From Styela clava (lineage: Eukaryota), in the NCBI RefSeq assembly GCF_964204865.1, contig NC_135253.1, positions 1,426,001 through 1,490,000 on the forward strand: a stretch of DNA of 64,000 nucleotides, read 5' to 3'. Both the position numbers and the translations under genes were made by a program. Positions 15,301 through 29,103 of this stretch are shown piece by piece. A model generated the notes under the pieces. It did no database searches and was not told where the DNA came from. It saw only the letters and a list, made by a program, of their open reading frames with translations. Each line of letters starts with the position of its first letter. Position 1 is the stretch's first letter.

Positions 15301-18300
15301 TTATATATGACGAGGTCGGGTTTGGATTAACCCTGCTAAAACGCTTAAATACTCGATATAGAATATCTACATACCACCTCACGAATACGGTGTAGCCAAG
15401 ACAGACATTGCTACTTTTGTGTGTTCGTAATTTTTCCGGAACTCTTTATCGGAGTCGTCGTTTTTTAGAGTCCGGATTCGTATTTTGTACATCCCAAGTC
15501 TGGAGGAAATATCTCGACCATGCGCGTCATTGGATCTACCAGATTGTCTGTACTATATATCAAAAGTTATTTAATTACTCTTTATTTCAGGTGTGACCGC
15601 TTGTATCATGGCACAGACGTTCGGTGGACTAGTTTTTTCTCTGTTTAGTGGACAACCTCTACTTGTTCTTTTGACTACGGCACCATTGGCTTTATACGTG
15701 AAAGGTAACACGATCTTATTCGCTTGATCCCAATAACCTATTCATTCCTCAATCATTTTCTCGGGGTTGAGGGATATCAAGCAAAGTCTTGTTTGGTCAT
15801 TGGCGTCAATAGCAAAATTAATATATATTACTTGCCTGTCTACAATGTATATTACAAAACATTGGGCGAATTCGAACTGTTCTCGTATAGATAATTTCAA
15901 TTGGACATGGATTAAGAATTACTTCAGATTGTAAGAACCTAAGTTTGGATTAAGTCTTATTTTATCATATACAGTATATATATACAAGTTCAGTACTTGA
16001 AAGATTTTTAATTTAAAATTTCTGTATTTCAGTAATAAAAATGGTCAGCGGCGTTATAAATGTTGATTTCCTGGCATTGTATGCGATGGTCGGCTTGTGG
16101 AATTCATTCTTCATCATTTTGCAAGGATGCTTCCATGCTAGTAAACTGATGAAATATTCGACAAGGTAAGCAAGCGAAGATCTAAGTATTATTTATATTT
16201 TATTTATTGCGGGCTTTCCAAACAAGATTTTCAACAACTTTCGCGCACTTCCTATGGATGGACATCACCTAACGTATTTCTGTAAAATCCGACCTTACTG
16301 AAGCAATCACGTTTTCCTTGATTAGTGTTGTGCTCTAAAAGCAGCCAACTGTTGTTGATGTGTTGATGCGATGTAGACTGATTACATATGTGGAATCTAC
16401 AAGTGAAATGTCAATTTTTACTCATCTCACACAGGTCAACAGAGGAGATTTTCGCCTTCTTTATCGCGCTTGCTTTCATCGCAGATGCAGTGATGGCAAC
16501 GGTCGGAAGTGAGTTTTTTCAGTTTCAATAATAAATTAGTTTGAGCATGTTAAAGTCCGAATAAAGCGTTACCCTTACCAAGAAACAGAAATCCAGAAGT
16601 GTTTTAACATTGAAAATCAACTTTTTTATATCGTTTTTGCATATATGCTTCCATATATTTTACTGAATGTTTATAGGATGACTAAGTTGAATTGAACGCT
16701 TACATCATTATGGAAATATTAATATATATAATAAATATATTGGTGCAACATTAACGTGAGATTAAATATGTCACGTTATTGTTCAGATTCGCAAAGAATC
16801 TTGCAAATAAAATTACGAACATAGGCGTAAGTTTAAGCGTTGTTGACCTACCACACTTTAAAAGTGACACTCATTAAGAAGTCAAACTGGATGTGCGTTT
16901 CCTTTACGTTGAAAACAAAAACAAAAAAAGATATCCAGTGCTTTGGATAAATTTTCTCAATGAAGATGTATGTATAAAAAGTCAAGAAATTGTTTGTTTT
17001 AATGAAAGAGCGAACAGGTTCTCGGATGAAACGTACAATGCTATTTTGTATTAGCACACGGTTGATATAATTATTAATTATATCATATTAATATTCAAGA
17101 CATTCCAAAGTCGTATTATATTACAAATTAGTCGACCACATTACTGTTTATATAATGGGTAAAATGATTCACAGATCATGGACGGAATTACAACTTCAAC
17201 GAGACAAAATATCAAGTGAATGAGAGTAAGTTGATCGTTTTTCTGGAATTTTTTTTTATTTTTTAGTTGCACTAAATTATTCAAAGATATGAACAAAGCT
17301 TACCAATCTTCAATAGCTGCAACTGAACGCATGAGCAATAATTTTTTTTATTTCCTAACCGTACGGGGTATTTTTGTTACCGCACCAGTCATAACCTCAA
17401 AATTGCCCATTTTGATACTGTATATTGTATAGAAAGGACTTATGCTCTATTTGAAATGAAAATTATGTCGTGAAATTTTATAACAGCATTGCAACAATCT
17501 TTGCCGGATAGTTGTTTGACGGAGGAATACTGCACGAGGCCAGAAAATTTTATTCTCTTTTTATTTTTGATGCTCGGAACTTTGGCTCTTGGACTTATTA
17601 TTCTTCGTTTTGAACAATCGTGAGTGTTTGTATATTTAAACCAAAATTAATCCTATCATTGAAGTTTATCAAACTGTGCAGCTTCCATGAGTATCCACTG
17701 ACTTCATTTAACCGTGTGGCATCTCCGTACGCCTTCAGCAGCGATGACTTATAAATTGAATATAGTATTCAGTTAGCATAACAGAAAAGATTGGATCTGA
17801 CGCCAATAGGCGTGTTGTGTTATTAAATACTCGACTGGACTGTTCAAAACTGGAATCCTTGGGAGCTTTGCCATGTAATAGGACTGATAGCTAACCATTG
17901 AGTGTAATTCAAAGTTTATCATGTAGCTTTTGCAGTATGGTATATGCTAATTTTGATCTAACATTAAACCTTTGATTGCAGTCAATTCTTATCGTCAACG
18001 AAGCGTGAAATTTTGGCGGATTATGCTTTACCAATCTCTGTAATTGTCTTCACTTTGATCGGATCCATAGCCTTTCAAGAAATAGACGGTAAGTTTGTTT
18101 CTGTTTCTCTTCATTTTTTTATTGTTCAAGTAATACAATCTAACAAATAAACAAATTTTACTTTTTAGTTGCTCGTTTCAACTATTTTCCCGAAAGCGCG
18201 AGAATCGTTCTTGCGCCATTTCATTTATTGACAGTTGAAGCAATTTTCGTGGCTGCAGGTTTGGGATTGAGCTTGAGTTGCTTGTTTTTTGTGGACCAGA

Positions 18301-20331
18301 ACGTATCGGCTGCACTCGTGAACACACCGTCCAACAAGTAAGATTATCGTGCCATTCTCATACTAATGTAATCGTAGTTAAAATGAACAGTTTTTTTCAC
18401 GTTTTTCGTGTTATCCATTATTTTCTCCATTCCTTACTCATGCACAAAAGTACTAAACCTCACTTCAGTTTAGATGCTGGTTCAGAACAGCAATAAGGTC
18501 ATTCATATCATTGCGCTGTATATTGTTTGATGCTATTTATTTTTATTTTCCTAGATTACAGAAGGGAAATGCATACCACTGGGATCTTGTTTTAATTGCT
18601 CTCATAAATGCAGTCCTCTCGATTTTCAATTTACCATGGCTGCATGCGGCCCTTCCGCATTCTCCATTACATGTTAGGGCATTGGCTGATGTGGAACAGC
18701 ACGTGACAACTCTGGGAACAGTACACGATGAGTAAGTAACTAGTCTATATCAAGAGAATGATTTTGACTGATCTTCACGAGAATTCACGATGCCATTAGT
18801 CTGTGGCTATACGTGTACAAAGACTGCTGACTAGACTGAAGATTATTCATCACTTTGTTGTGATGTTAAAATCCTCACCAATAGTTTTTACTTAGATACT
18901 TTGTGTTGAAGTCACCTGTTAAACGAACTGTTTGTCTGTAATTTTTTTTAAAAACAAACATGGCAATAAATTTTATGATAAAATTCTATTTTCTCAAGTG
19001 AATGGCCAGAAACCTAAATTGATTATGGTGGTTCTTCAACGTCAATCATTTTGTATTATTCATAATCTAATACTTTTTGTCCCTATTTAGAATCGTAAAA
19101 GTACGAGAAACCAGACTAACGACTTTATTCTCTCATATTCTCATCGGTCTCTCACTATTGTTCGTTCACATACTTCAATATATCCCGGTACCAGTACTTC
19201 AGGTAAGAAAGCAATATTCAATTTTTGATTTGCTAGAAGATGAATATTAAGATTTAATTTTAAAAGTATTTCCGTGAAACACTACCTTCAATAGAATACT
19301 TCAATTCTATGCGTAAATGCTCTTTTCAGGGACTGTTTCTCTACCTTGGAATCACCTCTTTCGGAGGAAATCAACTTTTTGACAGACTGCTTCTTTTTTT
19401 TACTGAAGGCGTGAGTATTTGCATTATTGGCGAATGGCGATATTATTTCAGCTTAAGAAATGCAATAATCGAAACAGAAAAAATACATTATAGCACTGCG
19501 CAGCATTGCGAAACTATATTCACTTATATATATATATATATATATATAATATAAATATATAAATGTGGAGTCAATGTATTACCATTGGAGGCGTGACGAG
19601 GTTAAATAATATAATAACAAACAACCAAACAGTTTCACTATTATATATATATATATAAATGGTATACATCAATTTTTGAATACTTGCCTATTCATGTTGT
19701 TTTTAATTTTTTTTTCTGCGTGTTGTTTTCTCAAAATCGCCTTCCAGGAAGTGCACATGATCTAAACAAGATTTCGCTGTTCTAAAAAGTATGTAATCAT
19801 TTCGTGTTTGATTCAGAGTTCTTATCCTCCAAATCACTATGTTCGTAAAGTGCCACAGAAGAAACTCCATTTATTTACTCTCTGTCAAATGCTCCAACTA
19901 GTGATTGTTTGTTTCTTCGGATTCGCTCCGCAATTCTATCTGAAGATGATCTTTCCTATTCTTATACTACTTCTGTTGCCAGTGAGGTGGGTAAATTCGT
20001 CTAAAACTTCTGTAACATTTAAGAATTTATTTTATTGTTAATCATATTGTGTTCATTTGCAATACTTGAAAATAGTTTATAAGTTTTAAATCAGATAAAA
20101 TTTTATAAATACGTTTGAATAAAATTCCTTCAAATCGCAAAATCGACCAAAGAGTTAGCAATGTATTAATCGCAAAATCGACCAAAGAGTTAGCAATGTA
20201 TTGATTTGTTTTAATTTAAAGTTATTCAAATTTTCACTTATTCGAGAATTTTGTTCTGCAGACATAAGATAATGACTCGCATCATTGAACCAAAATATCT
20301 CGCCATCTTGGATTCCAATTTGAGCGTTTGA
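3374..20331 (+). CDS. SLC4A11: SLC4A11-like (BTR1/NaBC1) SLC4-family transporter, 24 coding exons, about 919 aa
   Basis: Phase-consistent GT-AG exons: 3374-3419, 3508-3567, 3676-3844, 4008-4195, 8259-8308, 9000-9099, 10538-10660, 10834-10924, 11012-11135, 12831-13040, 13769-13853, 14083-14205, 15591-15704, 16033-16165, 16435-16508, 17175-17225, 17487-17619, 17982-18088, 18169-18337, 18555-18731, 19091-19202, 19330-19410, 19817-19986, 20262-20331 (2760 nt, ends TGA). Motifs matching SLC4A11 from recall: [101 protein letters not shown]. The first four exons encode a non-conserved N-terminus and are less certain. Confidence 0.93.
6230..6284 (+). CDS. Candidate alternative first coding exon of SLC4A11 ([18 protein letters not shown])
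   Basis: ATG at 6230, 18 codons plus G, then donor AAG|GTAACT. Phase 1 matches the acceptor of exon 8259. Two forkhead-type GTAAACA sites lie at about 6131 and 6150. Confidence 0.5.
14310..15293. mobile_element. Non-autonomous hAT (Charlie-like) element in SLC4A11 intron
   Basis: Starts CAGTGGTTCCCAAA, ends TTTGGGAACAACCG (degenerate TIR); GGGTCGCG subterminal motifs; 8-bp flanks TCTTACAT / TCTCACGT (6/8 match). Confidence 0.7.
19526..19562. repeat. (TA)n microsatellite; further (TA)n tracts at about 19642-19657 and 32588-32603
   Basis: Direct reading. Confidence 0.85.
20133..20202. repeat. Perfect 35-bp tandem duplication in last SLC4A11 intron
   Basis: AATCGCAAAATCGACCAAAGAGTTAGCAATGTATT at 20133-20167 and 20168-20202. 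Confidence 0.95.
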
Positions 20332-23000
20332 AGAAAGAACTACAACATCTCACCACGTTTTGGGCACTCTATATATTACATTTGTGATATTGATTTTCTG
20401 TAACAGATTAGTTTGGACGCAAATAATTTGTATTGGCTATTACTTTTATGTACGAGTTCTCTCTCACTCGTTCGCTTTAACCACTTATGAATTTGGTACT
20501 ATCTGGAAATGCAAGTGTTCGATGCCTTAAAGTTTTATGATGTCGTCTTGTCCATTAAAAATAGTTCCGAGTTATTTTTATTGCGCTTTTTTCATTCACG
20601 ACCTGATGTACTATTAAACTTTCAATATTTGCCTTGAAATATTTTATTATGCTTATCTGATCTGAAAAAGTAAGTTGATGTGATAATGCTGAATTGATTT
20701 TAACCCTAAATTTATTGTTGGTTGAGACAACCACAAGATTCCGTCCCAATCTTTGAAGAACTTATAACAGTTGCGAGGTTCTCGTTAAACATCATTGGAA
20801 ATATCGATCCGGAAAACAATATTTCGATGTCACATTGACGAATTCAACGTCGACATCATCATTGAACTGTGCTATATATTTCATATATGTATTTTAAAGC
20901 ATTTGGTGTAATGTTTCTGTATGTTTGTTTTCTTTTCCGTAGTATTGGGGATGTGTCATTACAGAGCCAAAAACGTTAGTTTTATATATTTTTGTACCAT
21001 AAATACTAACTTTCTTGTTCCGGTTTTAATTGGGGAAGATGTTTATTATTGGTAGTGTACATCTCAACATCTCATTTTAAGGTGCTATCTAGTCTGCATT
21101 CGCCGTCCATCCGAGTTGCGCTTGGATACAAGATCTGCGATATCTTGATTTCCAACAATATGTTAATATGCTGGGTGAAACTTTTTTATTGATAAGAACT
21201 TAGAACAACGAACAACTTGTTAGTTCATTTTGTTGTTCAACACTACAAATTCCACCAAATTTATTGTGTAATTTTCTTTTGAACTGGTTGAATAAACTAA
21301 CAATAGGTGTGTAATAAACAATTATTTATTTGAGTGCTTAAAACCGGGAATGAAAGCGAAATACGAGACTCTGGGGTGTAAGACGTTCCCAACCGTACTT
21401 GTTTAAAGTGGTCGATCCTTGTTAAAGTTGTACGTCTTAACCCCGGGGTGGAGCTTTTCTGGAGGTTAGACTAAAGTCTGCTGACATAATTGTTTATCGA
21501 AGTTTTTCTCTATTACCTAGTCTCCTAGTCTTTTGAATATGTTAAAATTACCTTAGTTCGCCACGGATATCCAAACGTTTGCATTCAGACAACTTGTCTG
21601 AAAATAGCTCAACTGTGTGTAGTCTTCGCCAAAATTAGGAATTTGTTCAAAAAGAATTGTTTTAAAACAATTCTTTTAAATCAATTTTTTTTGCCTGTTT
21701 AGTTCAAAATGGCTGTACTATTTGATTTTTTTGTATTAAATAGGTTGAATAAAAATGGACGTAAAAACTTGCGAAGCTCTTCTTATTTTCAATAAATCTT
21801 TCAAAACGCCACAAATATCGATAGAGGCTCATGTAGGCTACACCTTCTCAAGCTGCAGTGCAGTGGTTGGCACAGTTAGACGCAACCGATAAGCCATTTA
21901 ATTGAACCCCTGCTGCGATGAAACCACCTTGCGAAAATTGAAATGCGATCGAATAACCTTGAAAAACTCTATCACTTCAACCTTAAGAACAAAGCTTGCT
22001 AAGCATAAATTAACCGAACAGTATTAACCGAATAATGCCTTCATTTTATGAGGAAAATGTTAATACATGAACTCGAAATCTATATTATGGCGTCGTAGAA
22101 GATTAGTTGTGGCGTCTTTGCATCAGAGGACTCCTACAATTAGCATAGGCTACGGTGTCTCGTCGTTTATATCAGTAGATTACCGCCGATATAAGCATAT
22201 TATTCTTCATTATCGCAACCCACTCGTTTTGCCGGAACGCTGCACTTGATCTAATTGCTTTTGTAGTGGGCTCGTGGGCTAATTTTCCTGATTTTTCTTT
22301 TTCAAAACGTCTTTTTGATATCTCGGCTAAACATTCCGGGTATAATCTTATGATTTTGGCGGATACAAGCGTATCTGCCAGAGGCAACTTGGATTATCGT
22401 TGCACCTCCTGAATATTTTTCCATCTTCTCAAATAACATTGCACCAAGTAATTCGCTCTTACTGTACGACAAGTACGCAGACAGCAATGGGGGAAAGCAT
22501 CTGTTGTACTGACACAAGCATTAAGCCTACTACAAAACCCAATATATAAGTTTGCGGACTGAGGTAACGCGACATATATGTTTTTACGCTTTATATATTG
22601 ATTCTGGGCTCTATAAAGACCTAGTCCTAGAGCTAAAATCTAACCATACTGCTACATTATGTGTTGAGGAAATATGTTATTATTTGAAGTAAACTGATAA
22701 ACAAAAGGCTCTTCGTACTCATTGTATATATGTTTTTTATTCTGTAAACGACGGCGGTCGTTCAGATGTCAATAATCATCTGCAAAGCAACGAGAGACCA
22801 TTGCTCATATATATGGACAACCACAAATCATCACATGACGCAACAGCATCCATTTACTAAACCTATACTAAAATTATCTACTGCAACGTATTCTTTTTCT
22901 AGATCTAGCGAGCACGAGCACGCAATCACAGATTTATCTTCAATATTAGCAAATGAAATGATGACCCCCTCCCTAAATATTACTGCCAATAACATGCTTC

Positions 23001-23237
23001 GGGGCTCCCGAAGTATGCGAACCAAGATGGCGGACATCGGAATGTAATATGTGTACTAGGTTAGGGTTAGGCCATAATTTTAGGTATAAATACTACGGGA
23101 GGCTCTTGGCTAGTCTTCGAACTGATAATAGGACTAAAATAAGGAAAATTGAAAAAAAAATTATGGCCTAACCCTAACCTGTTACCCATACTACGTTCCG
23201 ATGTCCGCCATCTTGGTTCGCATACTTCGGGAGCACC
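23001..23237. mobile_element. Fold-back MITE with long (about 80 bp) TIRs, GG...CC ends and 8-bp TSD (Merlin-like by structure)
   Basis: GGGGCTCCCGAAGTATGCGAACCAAGATGGCGGACATCGGAA...GGTTAGGGTTAGGCCATAATTT is mirrored at the right end. TSD CATGCTTC at 22993-23000 and 23238-23245. Confidence 0.9.
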
Positions 23238-23699
23238 CATGCTTCAATATACTTGCTTCAAATGGAGCTTGCTTCTTGATTGAAGTTTCCGCTAATATTC
23301 ATAATCTACATTCAATAGCGATATTCTATATGGGGAGATGCTTTCATTACTCTCCCACTCCAAACCCAGTCGGAAATTGTGGCACTCCGTGGAGAAATAA
23401 CTGTTCTAGACACAAATATCAGAATCTGACAAAGCTTCAAGCACCCTGGACCCGTTGGAAAATAATTCCCTCGGAGCATTACCACCGCAATAAAGATAAA
23501 TCATCCGGTATTTTGGCAACTATACTCTTTCTAAAAAATCTCCTAATATCCGGCTGCCATTGTACTGCGCGAATATACTCTCACTCCCCAGAACGGTGTT
23601 ACAACACCACCGTATTTCATTAATGATTTGTATTATGGCATTTGCTAAAATGCGCAATTCAAATCTGATAAATTTATATATTACCAACAGGCAATTTTT

Positions 23700-25750
23700 G
23701 CAGTGTTGAATTTGTGCCCGGTAAAAGCGTTGGTTGGGACGTTAGTCCTTACTTGTGGCGAAAGAATTTTGTCGGGGTCTACCAGTATTTTTTCTGAATA
23801 AGGAGCGGTGTCACAGGTTGGGTTGAAACGGTGCTACAGCAAGGCCAGGCTCTAAATTCTCATTAACAAGGTCACGGGTAATATATGGCCACAGCGACCA
23901 AAAATTTTAGGCTCATTAGTGTCATCAACTTCGACAATTTTAAGGGATATCCAGCTGTTGAGACTTGTGCTATTACGGTTTGCCCTACGTTCGACTGTAA
24001 GTTCTTTTTCGTTGTACAAACTGAATGATAGTGAGATGTTAATATATATACTCACCAGGCCGCAATACTTTTTTTCAGTATGACGGGCAATATGCGCTGT
24101 GTAACACTCGGTTTTTAAACTTGAGAACCGAGAAATGTTAAATTCGCCTGATAAATACGAAGTGCCGTCAGCTTGAAAAGATTTTCGTTTACATTTGGTA
24201 ATATTAGTATTTATGTAGAATTTTCAACAAAGAATGGGATATCACATTGTGGCCAGTCCCAATATCGAGTAAGGCATTGACAAAGGACCCTTCACCCCCG
24301 AAAAATTCTTTCTATACTTTACCATGGCAAAATTTTCGGAGCTATTTTAAGAGTGCTGCTTTTGCGAGTTGGCGCCTGTTAAATGGGGTATGTGTTTCAA
24401 ACCATCATTATGATTCGTCGAATACAACACTCTGTTTTTTAAAGGAACGGTAAAGAATTTCAGCCTAAGTCTATCACAGCTATTTCTACACTAATTTTTC
24501 ATTACTGCAATTAAATTAAAACTCCTAGAAATACAGAGGGATCATTGAATTATCTGATTTATATTTAAGTTTCCGAAACACAACTGAAAACTAACGAATA
24601 GAATTCAAAAACGCGAAAACGAGGTAATGTTTACGACCACCAAAGGGGTGTAGGCCGCACATTTGTGTTTTAGGCCAATATGGTCTTGAGCATACATCCC
24701 GTCTTCAGTATTTATAATTACTTACTCCTTTATATTGCTTTTACGAGACGAATACATACATACCCCGCTTGAAAATCTGTCTGAGTGAGGAAAGTGTCTC
24801 AGCGGATGAGAAAAGGGGGCATTGTTACGCACTTTTTTGCATCTTGCTGATTGGCCAATGTCACGAAGTAAACAAGGAAATCGATGCTCGGAGGAAAGTC
24901 CATATGATTGCCAAAATACATCTTTAATAGAGGGCCTCGACATCGACGCTTCTTGTGCGTGTAAGAGTAAAGTACGAATTTCTCTAGTTAAATATTCACG
25001 ATCACTCTCTGGCAACTTCATGCACTTAGTGAGAAAGTGGTTCGAGGAGTAGCCAGTCAGCTTACAATATGGCCACTTCTTCTCATGAGCATTTAAACTT
25101 GTTCGAAATTTTTTTGCATGTTGGCTAGTACTTGTAAGTTGTTCGCGTAATTTTGGATTTTTTGAGGCCAGATAGTTCGTTTGGTAGTAAGTCAATTGAC
25201 CTAGAATTTCCGGCTTGATTGACGCAAATTTACGAGTACGAGGTTCCGTGTCGTATCTTTGTTTCACCAGCCACTGAATAACAATGAAAAATCAAGCACG
25301 TGCGCGTTATGGTAACAGAAGCATCACATTAGTAATAATAACAACCTGTTGCAGTTCTTCTTACATTCGATTAAACTATCGCAGAAATAGGATGACTATT
25401 TCACACTACAATGGTTCACATTTCTATGAAACTGGATCGTATGTATACCTTACCTTCATTGAACTAAGAGTTGAGCGATTATCTACGAATTGCTTCTTTT
25501 ATTCGTTTACATTTACCACACTTCAAGCTATAGTTTTGTGTGGACGTTATGGTGCTGATGTAATATGAGAAAAAAATTATGATTGGGCCAGAGCATTTCA
25601 GCGGTATTACTGAATCATGCTGTATGACATAATCTATCTTAAATTTTCTTTGATTTCGGTTTGTGTATCATGGAAAAAGCTTGTCAAGTTCGTAAGAGAC
25701 TGCTTTCTTTCTGGTGCATTGTCTCCAGAATCCAGACGCACCTTTTTGCG
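23700..25750 (-). mobile_element. Decayed Gypsy-like LTR retrotransposon gag/protease remnant, interrupted by a MITE
   Basis: Minus-strand fragments KQRYDTEPRTRKFASIKPEI and knuckle-like PYCKLTGYSSNHFLTKCMKLPESDREYL. Beyond the MITE at 24285-24901 come aspartyl-protease-like VNALLDIGTGHNVISHSLL, then FQADG and ILVDPDKIL, in the order I recall for marine-invertebrate Gypsy-type polyproteins. Many stops and frameshifts; boundaries approximate; no LTRs found. Confidence 0.6.
24285..24901 (+). mobile_element. Non-autonomous DNA transposon copy 1 (same family as 45161-45679, probable ISL2EU derivative) with an internal insertion of about 125 bp
   Basis: About 500 bp of colinear similarity to the reverse complement of 45161-45679. 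Ends GGACCCTTC...GAAAGTCC followed by AT. Extra segment at about 24641-24767 bounded by GGGGTGT...ATACCCC. Confidence 0.8.
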
Positions 25751-25892
25751 GCAATTGTTTCCCAGTGGGCCGCACTCATGCTGCATTTTCAGCAGCTCTT
25801 AAACTAAAGCGATCAACATCCATTCCTTAATGCAAAACCTACACATATTTTGTTTTTGGTATAACATCAGACGAGCGAATCGTTTGAGTAAA

Positions 25893-26212
25893 TAGGGTAG
25901 GAGGCTAAGATCTGAGGCCCAACCCGAAATTCGGGCCGGGCCTGAAATGTCAATCATTACGTTCAGGTCAGGCTTCTCTATCGCCGACTTTTTTTTTAAA
26001 TAAATATAAGTTTATAAAAAATATATACTAAAATTATGTGTGAATACTAAACTAAGGAATACTTGTTATAAAGTAAATAACCGCAATGACAATTCAAGAA
26101 CTCCTGAATAAAATTTAGGGTTTGCTTCGGGCCTGCAAATCCGGTTAATTAGTCGGGTTCAATACCCACGGGCCTGGGTCGGGCTGGAATTTTTGTGCCC
26201 GATCTTCCCTCT
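25893..26212. mobile_element. Degenerate hAT-like MITE with GGCCCG/CGGGCC subterminal motifs
   Basis: Clusters of GGCCC/CGGGCC/TCGGG at both ends around an AT-rich core; imperfect AGGGTAGGA...TCTTCCCT ends; no clean TSD. Confidence 0.45.
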
Positions 26213-26661
26213 TCCAGATGCATTGACGACATCGGAGGAAGTTATAACGGAATACTAATTACGTTCAACCTATTGACCAGGCTACCACTGCGACGGCGAG
26301 TGGTCCAGAAATCCTCGCGAAATCCCAAACCACATACGATGATAAGACATGCACCGTTCGTGATGTTTCGCACCATGTCGCCGGTATGTAATACCAGGGT
26401 GTCCTTTTTATTTCTCACTAATTTTTGCTAGCGTATTAGTCAAGTGGCCAGATTATGGAATTTTTCGTATTCATCTCGAGCGGCATAAGCTGGCAGTTCG
26501 GCGGATCATATGTTGTAACAAGGCCCTGTCGTCCGTGCACGAGGATACTCGACCAGTCAATCATTTCATATTAATAAAATAAATAAAACAGAACCAAAAT
26601 GTTTTTTGATCAATTTTTAACTCACTGTTACAATAAATATAATAAAGGCGACGTAAACGTA

Positions 26662-28541
26662 TTATAACTTGAAAATCGAAACTAAAACTTTGGAAAATCC
26701 AACATTGTTGTAGTTGAAACTGTATAAAAGAGCAAGTGTGAAGATACTCATAAGAAGCCACGATGCCATGACCAATTTCACCCAGCTATCTCTGATCAAA
26801 AGTGGAAGATAATCAGCAAACACAGAGTTCAGGCCTCTAAAAACAACAATTTTATACTATCAAATTTATATGGCCAATCCTTCCCTGGTTTGGTGAATAT
26901 AGAGACACTTTCTTTTCACCATTCACATTCATGCATCTGGAAACTGCTATTCCCAGTTCAGTACTTGGGTGGGAGGCCCAGAAACAACTATGCAGTCCAG
27001 GTCCTCACGTCAACCTCTCCAACCAAAGTTGATATCACAGCTATAAACAATCAATGACTTAGGTAGCATAACATCATTATAAGAAAGTTGGGCGGTCGTG
27101 AAAAGAAAAGAAAATCGTGCTATGACGGTATGACACCATTTCCCATCTGGGACTAGAAGGTAAATAGATCAGCCTATGTGCCCAAAGTTCAAATATTGCA
27201 GACAATATTAGTAATTACTTACGCGTAATTGTGATGAACCAAAAGTGTTACTGTTGCGAAGTCTACCATAGGGTTTCCAGGACAAAGAAAACATGTTGTC
27301 AATCCTCCAAGCAATCCAACTGATGCAATTCGATACATCTTCCATTTTGAACTGGAAACATCTGAGGTAATAAAATCATATCTTCAATGCATACTCATTA
27401 AAAAGGACGAAAGATTGAAGGAAATCAGAATAGCTAATGACAAATATCATATCAATCATGTAATAACACCTCCTCCAAAGTCGATGTCCATATCAGAACA
27501 CAGAACACAAACACAATAAAATCAATTTGAAATTGATAGTATTTCAATTTGGGAATCTTTTACAATAAGATCATTTAAAAACCCATCATTTTGACCTATT
27601 TATGTCTCTCAGTATGACAATATTTATTCGTTCAGTTTATGAGGCAGTATAAAAACAATGTGCAATCAGGTCCTTGTTTACCTAACTTTTAACAGATTCT
27701 AAATTATTGTATATACAATTTGCATATATTCTCAGATAAACCCTATATTAAACATACCAATTTCAATTTTCTCTTTATTGCAGTCATCTCACTATGTATC
27801 ACTCATGCATATTGGTTGTGAAAAATAGTAGCAAAGTCGAAAACAAAAAAATGAGCAATTTTTTTTCCTACTTTCCCTGATATACCAAACTAGAATTATT
27901 AAATTGATCTCACGTTTGGATTCCAACTGATGCCGAAGATAAAATTTATCTGAGCTTTGTGCAGAAATAGCAGTAGGTGTTGTAGAAAATGGACGAAACA
28001 GAGTTTTGGCTATTGCCGGTAGCTGAGATGATTTGTGGCCTGCAAACAATTTTTAAATCATGAAAAGCGTTTCAGCATGCAACACTTGACAGTACACATT
28101 TATGCAATTAAAACAATACAAATTGTTGAATTATAATTTTTTTAGAAATCGCAATTTAATTTGGCTGACATTTTGATCCAACTTCATTCTAAATTTGTAT
28201 CAGGGTTTCCATGATACAAAAATAGCAAATGTTACAATAAATATTAGCAATTAGCATATATACATTTTTTCAACCGATTGAATACTAACTAATAATTTTA
28301 TTGGCTCAAGTTTGGATCTTCTGTATTGTTCAAATATAATAAAATTAACAAACACGACAAATAGTAATTTAAAGTTATGTTTATTAAAACTGAAAATACA
28401 CTCAATCACTTGAGTGTGCAAAGATAATCCTCTCTTCCTTAATCATATAAGTATTGAATCTTGCATCTTCTTTAAACCTTTTTGTTTAAATAAACCCCCC
28501 ATTTATAAAATTTTACCTTCTGTTATCAGCCTCAGTAGCAT
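26662..28541 (-). CDS. SDHD: Succinate dehydrogenase cytochrome b small subunit, 4 exons, about 154 aa (mostly missed by the ORF track)
   Basis: Exons 28541-28517, 28039-27914, 27361-27223, 26836-26662, all GT-AG and phase-consistent. Translation MLLRLITEGHKSSQLPAIAKTLFRPFSTT...KWKMYRIASVGLLGGLTTCFLCPGNPMVDFATVTLLVHHNYAGLNSVFADYLP...YSFNYNNVGFSKVLVSIFKL* aligns with SDHD (heme-ligand His, DY quinone-site motif, YxFNYxxVG C-terminus). Confidence 0.9.
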
Positions 28542-29103
28542 CTCTTTTTGCTGGATCTTTTCAAATCGATGACAAGACTTGGAAACTTATTTGTAACCTA
28601 TGATGCTAGGAGAAAGAACACATTAGACACAAAAAAGTAATATTAAATAACAGTTCTGATAACATTAACATGTATTTTGATATTCATATTGATTTTCAAC
28701 AAACCAGATCACCGTAATCACTAAAAGCTATGAAAACTGGATACACTCCTACCCAGCCTGAACATTAATCCTAGTTCATAGAATCGTTTACATTTCAGGA
28801 AGGGGATAGAATTAGAAAATAAAGACGAAAAAACAGAACAAATGAAATGAGCTATTGAAAATGTCCCATTTGCATCTAATTATACACTCTATTAAAAAGG
28901 AATATGTATACCGTAATTGGCTAAGCATTCGATTGGAACTGGAGAAGATTCAATACAAAAATTCAATAGATTCAAACGACTAATTAGTGTTTTAAAAAAT
29001 AAATACCACAAGCATCATCTGTTTATAACTTAATACTAGCAGATAGTTTTAAGTAACCTACAAATAAATCTTGTGAACTTCTATAGCACATCCACTAGCT
29101 TAG

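Noticed and set aside
23058-23071. Interstitial telomere or chromosome-fusion scar (GGTTAGGGTTAGG)
   Set aside because: Only about two units, and an integral part of the MITE arms.
22766-23623. ORFs starting MSAILVRILRE on both strands
   Set aside because: Artefact of the palindromic MITE at 23001-23237.
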